The notes beneath the pieces are model-generated. The model saw only the letters and a list, made by a program, of their open reading frames with translations. It made no database searches and was not told where the DNA came from. Positions 56,480-64,000 of a DNA stretch of 64,000 bases are shown here, piece after piece; positions within the stretch are counted from its first letter, which is position 1, and each line of letters begins with the position of its first letter. The position numbers and the translations under genes are program-made. Origin of the DNA: Candidatus Poriferisocius sp. (GTDB lineage Bacteria > Actinomycetota > Acidimicrobiia > Acidimicrobiales > Bin134); the NCBI RefSeq assembly GCF_965214065.1, contig NZ_CBDCAT010000026.1:180922-244921 (forward strand). Direction: 5' to 3'.

Positions 56480-56774
56480 TGGTGTTGGCTTGGTGACTGA
56501 ATAGCATGGCAGTGAACGTGCCGGTGGGGGGATCCGAAACACCCCTTCTCCATCCACGTTCATAGCGAGAGGTCCAGAATTCGTCCGCGCAGGTGATGGC
56601 ACCGTCGGTTTTGTGCCCGCACATGATCTCGGGACGGGAAGAGACCTCGGTGAATTGGCCGCTGAGGGTGTCAACTTGCAGCTTCCGTTGGAGGCTTAGT
56701 TGGATTCCGGTTTGGCCTCTGGGGGGAATGTGGGCCTTGTTGCTTATGTTCAGGTCATATCCAATTGATAACAA
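56480..56774 (-). pseudogene. degenerate fragment of an RCC1-like repeat gene (no credible start, no signal peptide)
   Basis: Track ORF 56376-56774 contains LSGQFTEVSSRPEIMCGHKTDGAITCADEFW…PPTGTFTAM. This resembles decayed copies of the blade consensus (GQYTxISxGxxHxCxxxxDxTIxCWG…PDGQYTAI) and runs into the 33-nt element and G tract. Confidence 0.35.
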
Positions 56775-56839
56775 GCATTATTCGCTTATTAACGTTTATT
56801 CGGGTAGTTGTTGTCACAGAGGTCGGTATACTTGCATGT

Positions 56840-58123
56840 ATGGAGTTTAGGCCTCTGGAACAGGGGAAACAGACTGGTCGAGCGCCTTCCAGGCCGGTTT
56901 GGCCGGAGGCGGCTGATGTGGCCGGGCTGTCGCTGTGCGAGCTGCGGGAGCGGCTGGGGCTGATCAAAAAAGCCGAGGCCCGGCTGGCGGCGATGAAAAC
57001 GGAGACATTGGCCGCCTATGCCAGCCGGGGAGGCGAGGGATTGGCCCGCCGGGTGGCGTTGGAGGAGTTGCAGGCTTCTAAGCAGCAGGCCCGCCGGGAA
57101 GTGGAGACCGCCTCCCAGTTCTCGCAGGTTCCCGAGACTCTCGACGCGCTGGGCGCGGGGGAGATTCCCGAGGCCCACGCCAAGCAGATCGCCAAGGCCG
57201 CATCCCAGGGGCCGGTTGACGAATCCGTGCTGGTGGAGGCGGCCCGGCGCGAGGACTTCGGAACGTTCTCCCGGACGCTTCGCGATCACCTGCATGAGCG
57301 GTCGGGCGACGATGGCAAGTCGTTGATGGCCAAGCAGCGGGAGCGCCGCTCCTTGAGCTTCTTCAAGTCTTCTGACGACGGCATGTTCATCTTGAACGGC
57401 CGGTTCGACCCGGTTGCGGGGAACCGGATCGAAGCGGCGCTGGCCGATGAGGTGCGCCGCCAGCGAAACGACAGCGACGCCGGTGATCTAACGGGGTTCG
57501 ACCAGCGGATGGCCGACGCGCTCGAGAATCTGGTCTGCGCCGACACCGGCGACCGCAAACCCCACGGCACCACACTGATATTGACGGCCGGGTGGGACGC
57601 GCTTAACCAGAAGCTGGCCGATGCCCGCCTGCTCGACGGCACACCCCTGCCGATTGACGAGGTCGTGAGACTGGCGTGCAACGCCGACATCGTGCCCGCC
57701 GTGTTCAATACCAAAGGCCAGGAACTGTGGGTAGGGCGCAAACACCGCTTGGCCACCGAAGCCCAAAGAGCCGCCCTTATCATCCGCGACAAACACTGCA
57801 TCGGCTGCGGACGATCAGCGGTGTGGTGCGAAGCCCACCACATTGAAGAATGGCTGAGCGGCGGACGCACCGACATCGACAACCTCGTTCTGGTCTGCAA
57901 AAGCTGCCACCACAACATCCACGACGACGGCTGGGTCGTGAGCAGAGACCGAAACGGCGCCTACGAACTACAACCACCACCTAGGCCCTACGCCGAATTC
58001 CCCTCTGGGCAGGCACGCTCAGGGCCATCCCTCGCCCGATCTCAATCCAATCCCGAAGCCTTTCCCGAAGTAGGCATCACCACCTGGCAGCCAAAAGAAT
58101 CCAGGCAGCTGCTATTGAGCTGA
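56840..58123 (+). CDS. HNH endonuclease with DUF222 N-terminal domain (REP13E12-like family)
   Basis: …LDALGAGEIPEAHAKQIA… (DUF222) and C-terminal …RDKHCIGCGRSAVWCEAHHIEEWLSGGRTDIDNLVLVCKSCHHNIHDDGW (HNH). Start at Met 56840, downstream of an AT-rich stretch. Confidence 0.85.
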   Translation: MEFRPLEQGKQTGRAPSRPVWPEAADVAGLSLCELRERLGLIKKAEARLAAMKTETLAAYASRGGEGLARRVALEELQASKQQARREVETASQFSQVPETLDALGAGEIPEAHAKQIAKAASQGPVDESVLVEAARREDFGTFSRTLRDHLHERSGDDGKSLMAKQRERRSLSFFKSSDDGMFILNGRFDPVAGNRIEAALADEVRRQRNDSDAGDLTGFDQRMADALENLVCADTGDRKPHGTTLILTAGWDALNQKLADARLLDGTPLPIDEVVRLACNADIVPAVFNTKGQELWVGRKHRLATEAQRAALIIRDKHCIGCGRSAVWCEAHHIEEWLSGGRTDIDNLVLVCKSCHHNIHDDGWVVSRDRNGAYELQPPPRPYAEFPSGQARSGPSLARSQSNPEAFPEVGITTWQPKESRQLLLS

Positions 58124-58166
58124 CACAGTGCTGGCGTGCCGACTAGCGGGGGTAGCATTGCCAGCC

Positions 58167-59678
58167 ATGCCCATGAAGTGGATGTGCCGTGCAATTCTCG
58201 TGGTCGCCTCTCTCGGCGCGGTGGCAGCAGTGCCCGCGGGTCCTGCCGTATCTCAGGGCGGCGCTGAGCCGAGCGCGGCGCAGCGGTGCTTTGAACACCA
58301 CAAATTCGGCGCTCAGCCCGTCGACGCGGCTAAAGCCGCCGACGGCCAAACCGTGTTGGCCCAGGTGAACTGGGGGTACCACGACAGCATCGGCTGCTAC
58401 CTCACCCTCGACGACACCGCGCTGGCCACCCTGCGAGCAGCGCCCGCCCCCAAAAACCTGCCCACTGCGGAAACCGAAGCGTCAAGACAGTGCTTCGAGC
58501 ACCACAAGTTCGGCCAACGCCCCGTCGATGTCGCCAAAACCACGGATCGCCAAACCGTCCTCGCCCGCCTCAGCTGGGGCTACCACGACAGTATCGGCTG
58601 CTACCTCACCCTCGACGACACCGCCCTAACTACTCTGCGAACCAACGCCCAACCCGAACCGACACCCGACCCGACTGTCAACCCGACCCCCGAACCGACA
58701 CCCGACCCGACTGTCAACCCGACCCCCGAACCGACACCCGACCCGACCCCCGAACCGACCCCGATTCCAGCCAGCAAGACCGGGACTGGATCAGACATCG
58801 TTGCAGTTGCACTCACCGAGGGCACCCACATAGTCGAGATTGAAGCGGCGGCAGCAACCGGACACCTCAGCGTAACCCTCAGCCAGGCGGGCTCACGATG
58901 CGACCTGCTCGTAAACGAGATCGTTGACGACCAAGGCGTGTGGACCGGACGCAAAGTGCTAAACGTCGGCGGGTTCGCCGGCTGCGAAACCGGCAACGCC
59001 GTAATCGAAGTGGATACCGAACCCGGCGCCCGATGGACCATCACCATCAACCCGACCCCCGAACCGACCCCGATTCCAGCCAGCAAGACCGGGACTGGAT
59101 CAGACATCGTTGCAGTTGCACTCACCGAGGGCACCCACATAGTCGAGATTGAAGCGGCGGCAGCAACCGGACACCTCAGCGTAACCCTCAGCCAGGCGGG
59201 CTCACGATGCGACCTGCTCGTAAACGAGATCGTTGACGACCAAGGCGTGTGGACCGGACGCAAAGTGCTAAACGTCGGCGGGTTCGCCGGCTGCGAAACC
59301 GGCAACGCCGTAATCGAAGTGGATACCGAACCCGGCGCCCGATGGACCATCACCATCAACCCGACCCCCGAACCGACCCCGATTCCAGCCAGCAAGACCG
59401 GGACTGGATCAGACATCGTTGCAGTTGCACTCACCGAGGGCACCCACATAGTCGAGATTGAAGCGGCGGCAGCAACCGGACACCTCAGCGTAACCCTCAG
59501 CCAGGCGGGCTCACGATGCGACCTGCTCGTAAACGAGATCGTTGACGACCAAGGCGTGTGGACCGGACGCAAAGTGCTAAACGTCGGCGGGTTCGCCGGC
59601 TGCGAAACCGGCAACGCCGTAATCGAAGTGGATACCGAACCCGGCGCCCGATGGACCATCACCATAGGCGGCGAGTGA
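58167..59678 (+). CDS. secreted protein: signal peptide, two N-terminal two-Cys modules, Pro/Thr linker, three identical 103-aa domains
   Basis: MPMKWMCRAILVVASLGAVAAVPAGPAVSQG signal. 2x CFEHHKFG..PVD.AK..D.QTVLA..(S/N)WGYHDSIGCYLTLDD. PEPTPDPTVNPT linker. 3x (NPTPEPTPIPASKTGTGSDIVAVALTEGTHIVEIEAAAATGHLSVTLSQAGSRCDLLVNEIVDDQGVWTGRKVLNVGGFAGCETGNAVIEVDTEPGARWTITI). Confidence 0.8.
   Translation: MPMKWMCRAILVVASLGAVAAVPAGPAVSQGGAEPSAAQRCFEHHKFGAQPVDAAKAADGQTVLAQVNWGYHDSIGCYLTLDDTALATLRAAPAPKNLPTAETEASRQCFEHHKFGQRPVDVAKTTDRQTVLARLSWGYHDSIGCYLTLDDTALTTLRTNAQPEPTPDPTVNPTPEPTPDPTVNPTPEPTPDPTPEPTPIPASKTGTGSDIVAVALTEGTHIVEIEAAAATGHLSVTLSQAGSRCDLLVNEIVDDQGVWTGRKVLNVGGFAGCETGNAVIEVDTEPGARWTITINPTPEPTPIPASKTGTGSDIVAVALTEGTHIVEIEAAAATGHLSVTLSQAGSRCDLLVNEIVDDQGVWTGRKVLNVGGFAGCETGNAVIEVDTEPGARWTITINPTPEPTPIPASKTGTGSDIVAVALTEGTHIVEIEAAAATGHLSVTLSQAGSRCDLLVNEIVDDQGVWTGRKVLNVGGFAGCETGNAVIEVDTEPGARWTITIGGE
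58741..59665 (+). repeat. 3 x 309-bp tandem repeat, copies identical by eye, in frame
   Basis: Copies start at 58741, 59050 and 59359. Alternate-frame track ORFs recur at exactly 309-nt spacing (58940, 59249, 59558) with identical translations. Confidence 0.9.
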
Positions 59679-59746
59679 TGGAACTCCGCCCCAGCGAAAC
59701 CTTCGCCACCGGGCACGACCTTCTGGCGCTCGGGGCTAGCTAGTAC

Positions 59747-62044
59747 CTAGACAGCGACCCCGTCGTACAGCGTGGTGCGTTGGCGGAGGGTGCGGCCCAA
59801 GGGAGCACACAGCGCTTGAAGGTCGTCTTCGGTGGCTTCTTGGCCATGGGAGGCGCCGGCGGCTCGGGAGATGTTCTCGTTTATGAGGGTACCGCCGAGG
59901 TCGTTGACGCCGGCTTGGAGCATCTGGGCGGCCCCGGCCATGCCGAGCTTCACCCACGAGGCCTGAATGTTGTGGATCCAGCCGTGGTAGGCGATTCGGC
60001 CCACGGCGTGCATCAGCAGCGCCTCCCGGAAAGTGGGACCCCGCCGAGACCGCCGCTGCAAATAGATGGGAGCGGCCATGTGGACGAAGGGCAGGGGCAC
60101 AAACTCGGTGAACCCGCCGGTCTCCTTTTGGAGTTCGCGGGTGCGGACTAGGTGGCGGGCCCAGTGGACTGGTTGTTCGACCGTGCCGAACATGATGGTC
60201 ACGTTGGACCGCAGTCCCAGTCCGTGGGCGGTGCGGTGGGCCTCCAGCCACTCGCCGGTGTCGATCTTGTCGGGGCAGATCACGGCACGGATCTCGTCAT
60301 CGAGGATCTCAGCAGCCGTGCCCGGCAGCGAGCGAAGGCCAGCGTCCATCAAGCGGCGCAGATAGTCGGCCAGCGGCTCCTCCAGGCGGCGGGCGCCCTC
60401 GGTTACCTCAAGCGCAGTAAAGCCGTGGACATGGATGTCGGGCACGGCGTCCTTCACGGCGCGGGTCACGTCGATGTAGTAGTCGCCGTCGAAGTTGGGG
60501 TGGATGCCGCCTTGGAGGCAGACCTCGGTGGCCCCGGCCTCGGCTGCTTCCACGGTGCGCTCGGCAATGTCGTCCAAGCTCAGCAGGTAGGGGTCGCCCC
60601 GCAGGTTGAGCGATAGCGGCCCCTTGGAGAAGCCGCAGAACCGGCACTTGAAAGTACAGACGTTGGTGTAGTTGATGTTGCGGTTGGACACCCAGGTGAC
60701 TTCGTCGCCCACCGCGGCCTGGCGGAGCTCGTCGGCCAGTGCGGCCACCGCCCGCACCTCGGGACCGCGGGCACCGAACAGAGCGACGATCTCTGGGACC
60801 CCGACTTCTTGGCCAGCCCGGACCCCGGCGATCACTTCACCCACGGCTCCTCCGGCGGTGGCGCGACCGTTCGGGACCCCATTGACAGATGGCGCGGCCA
60901 GCAGCATCGGTGGCTGGGCATCGGCACCGGAGTACCAACCGGCGTCGTCGGGGCGCCCCATGCCTTCGGCATCGGCCCGGTCCAGCACCGGAAATCGCAT
61001 GTCGGCATCCAGCCACCGCTCGGAATCGAGGGCGTACTCGGGATACACGGTCAACCGGGGGGCCAAGGCAAACCCCTTGGCCTCAGTGACGGCCCGCAGG
61101 CGGTCGAGGGCCGGCCAGGGGCGCTCGGGATTCACATGGTCGGCGGTGATCGGCGACACGCCGCCCCAATCATCGATGCCCGCGTCGAGCAGTTGGCCGA
61201 AGTCGTCAGATAGGTTGGGCGGGGCCTGGAGATGGACCTCCTCGGGCAAGATGAGGCGGGCCAGGGCGATCGCCTCCATGTACTCGTCGTGGTCGCAGGG
61301 CGGGGCAGCGTGCATGGCCGTGCCCGGCTTGGGCAAGAAGTTCTGCACGATGACCTCTTGAACATGGCCCCAGCGCCGATGCGATTCGGCAATGGCCTCC
61401 AGAGCGTCGACCCGGTCGGCCCTAGTCTCGCCGATGCCCACCAAGATGCCGGTGGTGAACGGGATGGCCAGCTCCCCGGCTGCCTCGAGGGTGGCCAGAC
61501 GCCGCTCGGGGGCCTTGTCGGGCGATCCCCGATGGCAGTCCAGATCGGCCAGGGTCTCCAGCATCATCCCCTGCGACGGGGCGGTCTTGCGGAGCAGGGC
61601 CAGTTCCTCGGAATAGAGGGCACCGGCGTTGGCGTGGGGGAGCAGGCCGGTCTTTTCCACCACCAGGCGACTGGCATGGGCCAGGTAGTCCACTGTGGAG
61701 GCAAATCCGTGCTCATTCAGCCACTTCGCGGCATCGGGGTAGCGAAGTTCAGGACGCTCGCCCAAGGTGAACAGCGCCTCGTGGCATCCGACTCCTGCCC
61801 CCGACTCGGCGATGGCCAGCACCTCGTGATCGCTCAAGTAGGGCGACTCCAATCGGGCGGGTGGCTGGGCAAAGGTGCAGTAGCCGCACTTGTCCCGGCA
61901 CAGCATGGTGAGGGGGATGAACACCTTGGGGGAGTAGGTGATCCGAGTGCCGTGCACCCGATCTCGCACCGCCCGGGCCCGGGCCATCAGGTCATCGAGG
62001 CCCAAGTCCAGCAGGTCTCGACTGGTTGGAGCAGCGATCGTCAC
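59747..62044 (-). CDS. fbiC: bifunctional FO (7,8-didemethyl-8-hydroxy-5-deazariboflavin) synthase, fused CofG/CofH
   Basis: Two radical-SAM CxxxCxxC sites (CGYCTF, CRFCGF) in a ~765-aa two-domain protein with CofG/CofH-type sequence throughout. The GTG start overlaps the tal stop. Confidence 0.9.
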   Translation of the reverse strand: MTIAAPTSRDLLDLGLDDLMARARAVRDRVHGTRITYSPKVFIPLTMLCRDKCGYCTFAQPPARLESPYLSDHEVLAIAESGAGVGCHEALFTLGERPELRYPDAAKWLNEHGFASTVDYLAHASRLVVEKTGLLPHANAGALYSEELALLRKTAPSQGMMLETLADLDCHRGSPDKAPERRLATLEAAGELAIPFTTGILVGIGETRADRVDALEAIAESHRRWGHVQEVIVQNFLPKPGTAMHAAPPCDHDEYMEAIALARLILPEEVHLQAPPNLSDDFGQLLDAGIDDWGGVSPITADHVNPERPWPALDRLRAVTEAKGFALAPRLTVYPEYALDSERWLDADMRFPVLDRADAEGMGRPDDAGWYSGADAQPPMLLAAPSVNGVPNGRATAGGAVGEVIAGVRAGQEVGVPEIVALFGARGPEVRAVAALADELRQAAVGDEVTWVSNRNINYTNVCTFKCRFCGFSKGPLSLNLRGDPYLLSLDDIAERTVEAAEAGATEVCLQGGIHPNFDGDYYIDVTRAVKDAVPDIHVHGFTALEVTEGARRLEEPLADYLRRLMDAGLRSLPGTAAEILDDEIRAVICPDKIDTGEWLEAHRTAHGLGLRSNVTIMFGTVEQPVHWARHLVRTRELQKETGGFTEFVPLPFVHMAAPIYLQRRSRRGPTFREALLMHAVGRIAYHGWIHNIQASWVKLGMAGAAQMLQAGVNDLGGTLINENISRAAGASHGQEATEDDLQALCAPLGRTLRQRTTLYDGVAV

Positions 62045-63144
62045 CGAGCGCCTTCCATCAACCGGTCGGCGGTGGTAGTCAGGCTCTCGAGCAGATCGTC
62101 GAATGACTTCACGAAAGCCGACACCCCTTCTTCCTCCAGCCGGTCGGCCACAGCTTCCAGATCCACACCGACATCGGTGACTCTATCCAGAACCGCCTGA
62201 GCCGCGTCGGGGTCGGCGTCCACGGTGCGGGCCAGGGTGCCGTGGTCAGTGAACGCTTCCAGGGTTGCGTCGGGCAGTGTGTTCACGGTGTCGGGTCCGA
62301 TGAGCTGGTCGACATAGAGGGTGTCAGGATAAGCCGGGTTCTTGGTGGAAGTGGAAGCCCACAGCGGCCTTTGCACCCGCGCCCCCCGAGCGGCCAGGGC
62401 CTCCCATCGGGGTCCGGTGAACTTTTCTTTGAAGATCTGGTAGGCCACTTGGCCTTGGGCTACCGCGGCCTGGCCGCGCAACGCCAGGGCTTCGGGGGTG
62501 CCAATGGCCTCGAGCTGGCGATCGACCTCGGTGTCGGTACGGCTGATGAAGAACGAGGCCACCCCGGACACCGACGACAAGTCGCCCTCGCGGGCCTCCA
62601 GGCCGCCGAGGTAGGCCTCGATGACCTCGGCGTAGCGGGTCAGGGAGAACAAAAGGGTCACGTTGACGCTGCGGCCCTCAGCGGTCATGGCCTGGATGGC
62701 GGGCAGTCCCTCAGCAGTGCCGGGAATCTTCACGTAGAGATTGGGGCGATCAACACGTTGGTTGAGCGCCCGGGCGGCGGACAGGGTGCCCTCGGAGTCG
62801 CGGGCCAACTTCGGATCGACCTCCACCGAGACGAAGCCGTCGACGCCGCCGCTGGCCTCATGAACTGGGGCGAGCGCGTCGAGGGCGCCGCCGATGTCGG
62901 TGAGCACGAGCTCCCAGTAGGCATTGGCGACGCTCAGGCCGTCGGACAGCAACCCGGCGAACTGCTCGTCATAATCGGTTCCCGAGGTCATGGCCTTCTG
63001 GAAAATGCTCGGATTGGAGGTGAGCCCCCGCACCCCGCGCTCAACCCAGCGGGTCAGTTCCCCGTTGTCGATCCACTCCCGGCGCAGATTGTCCAGCCAA
63101 GGACTCTGGCCGTGGTTGCGATACAGGTCGTGGAGACTGCTCAT
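62041..63144 (-). CDS. tal: transaldolase (actinobacterial long type)
   Basis: MSSLHDLYRNHGQSPWLDNLRREWI…GVRGLTSNPSIFQKAM… and the active-site region VSVEV…YVKIPGT. Confidence 0.9.
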   Translation of the reverse strand: MSSLHDLYRNHGQSPWLDNLRREWIDNGELTRWVERGVRGLTSNPSIFQKAMTSGTDYDEQFAGLLSDGLSVANAYWELVLTDIGGALDALAPVHEASGGVDGFVSVEVDPKLARDSEGTLSAARALNQRVDRPNLYVKIPGTAEGLPAIQAMTAEGRSVNVTLLFSLTRYAEVIEAYLGGLEAREGDLSSVSGVASFFISRTDTEVDRQLEAIGTPEALALRGQAAVAQGQVAYQIFKEKFTGPRWEALAARGARVQRPLWASTSTKNPAYPDTLYVDQLIGPDTVNTLPDATLEAFTDHGTLARTVDADPDAAQAVLDRVTDVGVDLEAVADRLEEEGVSAFVKSFDDLLESLTTTADRLMEGAR

Positions 63145-63149
63145 TGTGG

Positions 63150-64000
63150 TTACTCCTGGATGTCGATCAGTGCCGCCGCTTGGGCCGCCACATTGGCCGA
63201 GTTCATGCCCAGCTTGTCCAGCACCACCGAGCCCGGGGCCGACGCCCCGAACCGGTCGATGCCCACCGGCAGGTCCACCCACCGCTCCCAGCCCAGGGTC
63301 ACCCCAGCTTCCACCGACAGCTTGGGCACTCCGGGAAGAAGCACTTCGGACCGGTAGGCGGGGTCTTGGGCGGCGAACAGCTCCCAGCAGGGCATGGAGA
63401 CCACTCGGGCGGCCACGCCCTGTTCAGCCAAGGACGCGGCCGCGTCCACGCATACTGACACCTCGCTGCCGGTGCCCACCAAGATCACGTCGGGATGGGG
63501 GCCGTCCACTAGGGTGTAGGCGCCTCGGGCCACGCTGTCGGCCGCCGCGGTCCCCTCCAGGGTGGGCACGTTCTGGCGGGTCAGAATCATGGCGCTGGGG
63601 CCGTCCAAATCCACGGCCAGCCGCCATGCCTGGGCCACCTCGTTGCCGTCGGCCGGTCGGAATACCCGCAGTCCGGGGATGGCCCGCAGCGACATGACCT
63701 GCTCGATCGGCTGGTGAGTAGGGCCGTCCTCGCCGACACCCACCGAGTCGTGACTCCACACGAAGATGCTGTGGGCCCCAGACAGCGCGGCCAAGCGCAC
63801 CGCGGGCCGCATGTAGTCGCTGAATACCAGGAAGGTTCCGCCCACCGGCACCACCCCGCCGTGCAGGGCGGCGCCGTTCATTACTGCACCCATGGCGTGT
63901 TCCCGGATGCCGAAGTAAATCTGGCGACCGGAAGGATGGGCCGAGCTGAGCGGTTCGGCATCGGCCAGACTTGTGCCCGTGTTTCCGGTGAGGTCGGCCC
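63150..64000 (-). CDS. tkt: transketolase, C-terminal part (5' end outside the window)
   Basis: …GGTFLVFSDYMRPAVRLAALSGAHSIFVWSHDSVGVGEDGPTHQPIEQ… The frame stays open to the window edge. Confidence 0.9.
   Translation of the reverse strand, partial: ADLTGNTGTSLADAEPLSSAHPSGRQIYFGIREHAMGAVMNGAALHGGVVPVGGTFLVFSDYMRPAVRLAALSGAHSIFVWSHDSVGVGEDGPTHQPIEQVMSLRAIPGLRVFRPADGNEVAQAWRLAVDLDGPSAMILTRQNVPTLEGTAAADSVARGAYTLVDGPHPDVILVGTGSEVSVCVDAAASLAEQGVAARVVSMPCWELFAAQDPAYRSEVLLPGVPKLSVEAGVTLGWERWVDLPVGIDRFGASAPGSVVLDKLGMNSANVAAQAAALIDIQE

Noticed and set aside
58741-59665. CRISPR array
   Set aside because: The repeats are 309 bp, directly abutting with no spacers, in frame within a secreted-protein gene. 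No cas genes are present in the window.

Overview
This is a high-GC, actinobacterial-type chromosomal segment. The markers are DUF3151, fused CofG/CofH FO synthase (FbiC), a DUF222-HNH gene and many tightly packed or overlapping gene starts. An Acidimicrobiia-like origin is only an inference. I call about 60 protein genes.

0-49 kb looks like ordinary core and catabolic content:
- an ABC-2 exporter (ATPase plus two permeases)
- a run of CoA, beta-keto-acid, amidohydrolase and alcohol dehydrogenase enzymes
- H+-pyrophosphatase, TrkA plus two tandem TrkH genes, and an M18 aminopeptidase
- GltBD, pyruvate kinase, MobA, rhodanese, RNase D and a ClC channel
- GlcDEF-like glycolate oxidase

The one strong non-coding candidate in that part is a ~280-nt highly structured RNA at 36.29-36.56 kb (minus strand). 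It has a near-consensus promoter, an AT-rich upstream region and a terminator-like hairpin. I could not match it to RNase P, tmRNA or SRP motifs.

49.5-59.7 kb is the unusual part:
- Two paralogous giant secreted proteins are built from 7-bladed arrays of short (~38 aa) Cys-containing RCC1-like repeats.
- Each of these two genes is preceded, ~50 nt upstream of its start codon, by an identical 33-nt element abutting a G14 homopolymer. This is a candidate phase-variable switch.
- A DUF222/HNH selfish-type gene sits in the locus.
- A third secreted protein carries three perfectly identical 309-bp in-frame repeats.
- All three secreted proteins share a duplicated ~42-aa two-cysteine module (CF.HHKFG..PVD.AK..D.Q.VLA..SWGYH.S.GCYL.LD) that I cannot assign to a named family.

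59.7-64 kb carries fbiC, tal and a partial tkt.

No rRNA, tRNA or CRISPR array was seen. All functional calls are from reading the translated ORFs by eye; no database search was run.
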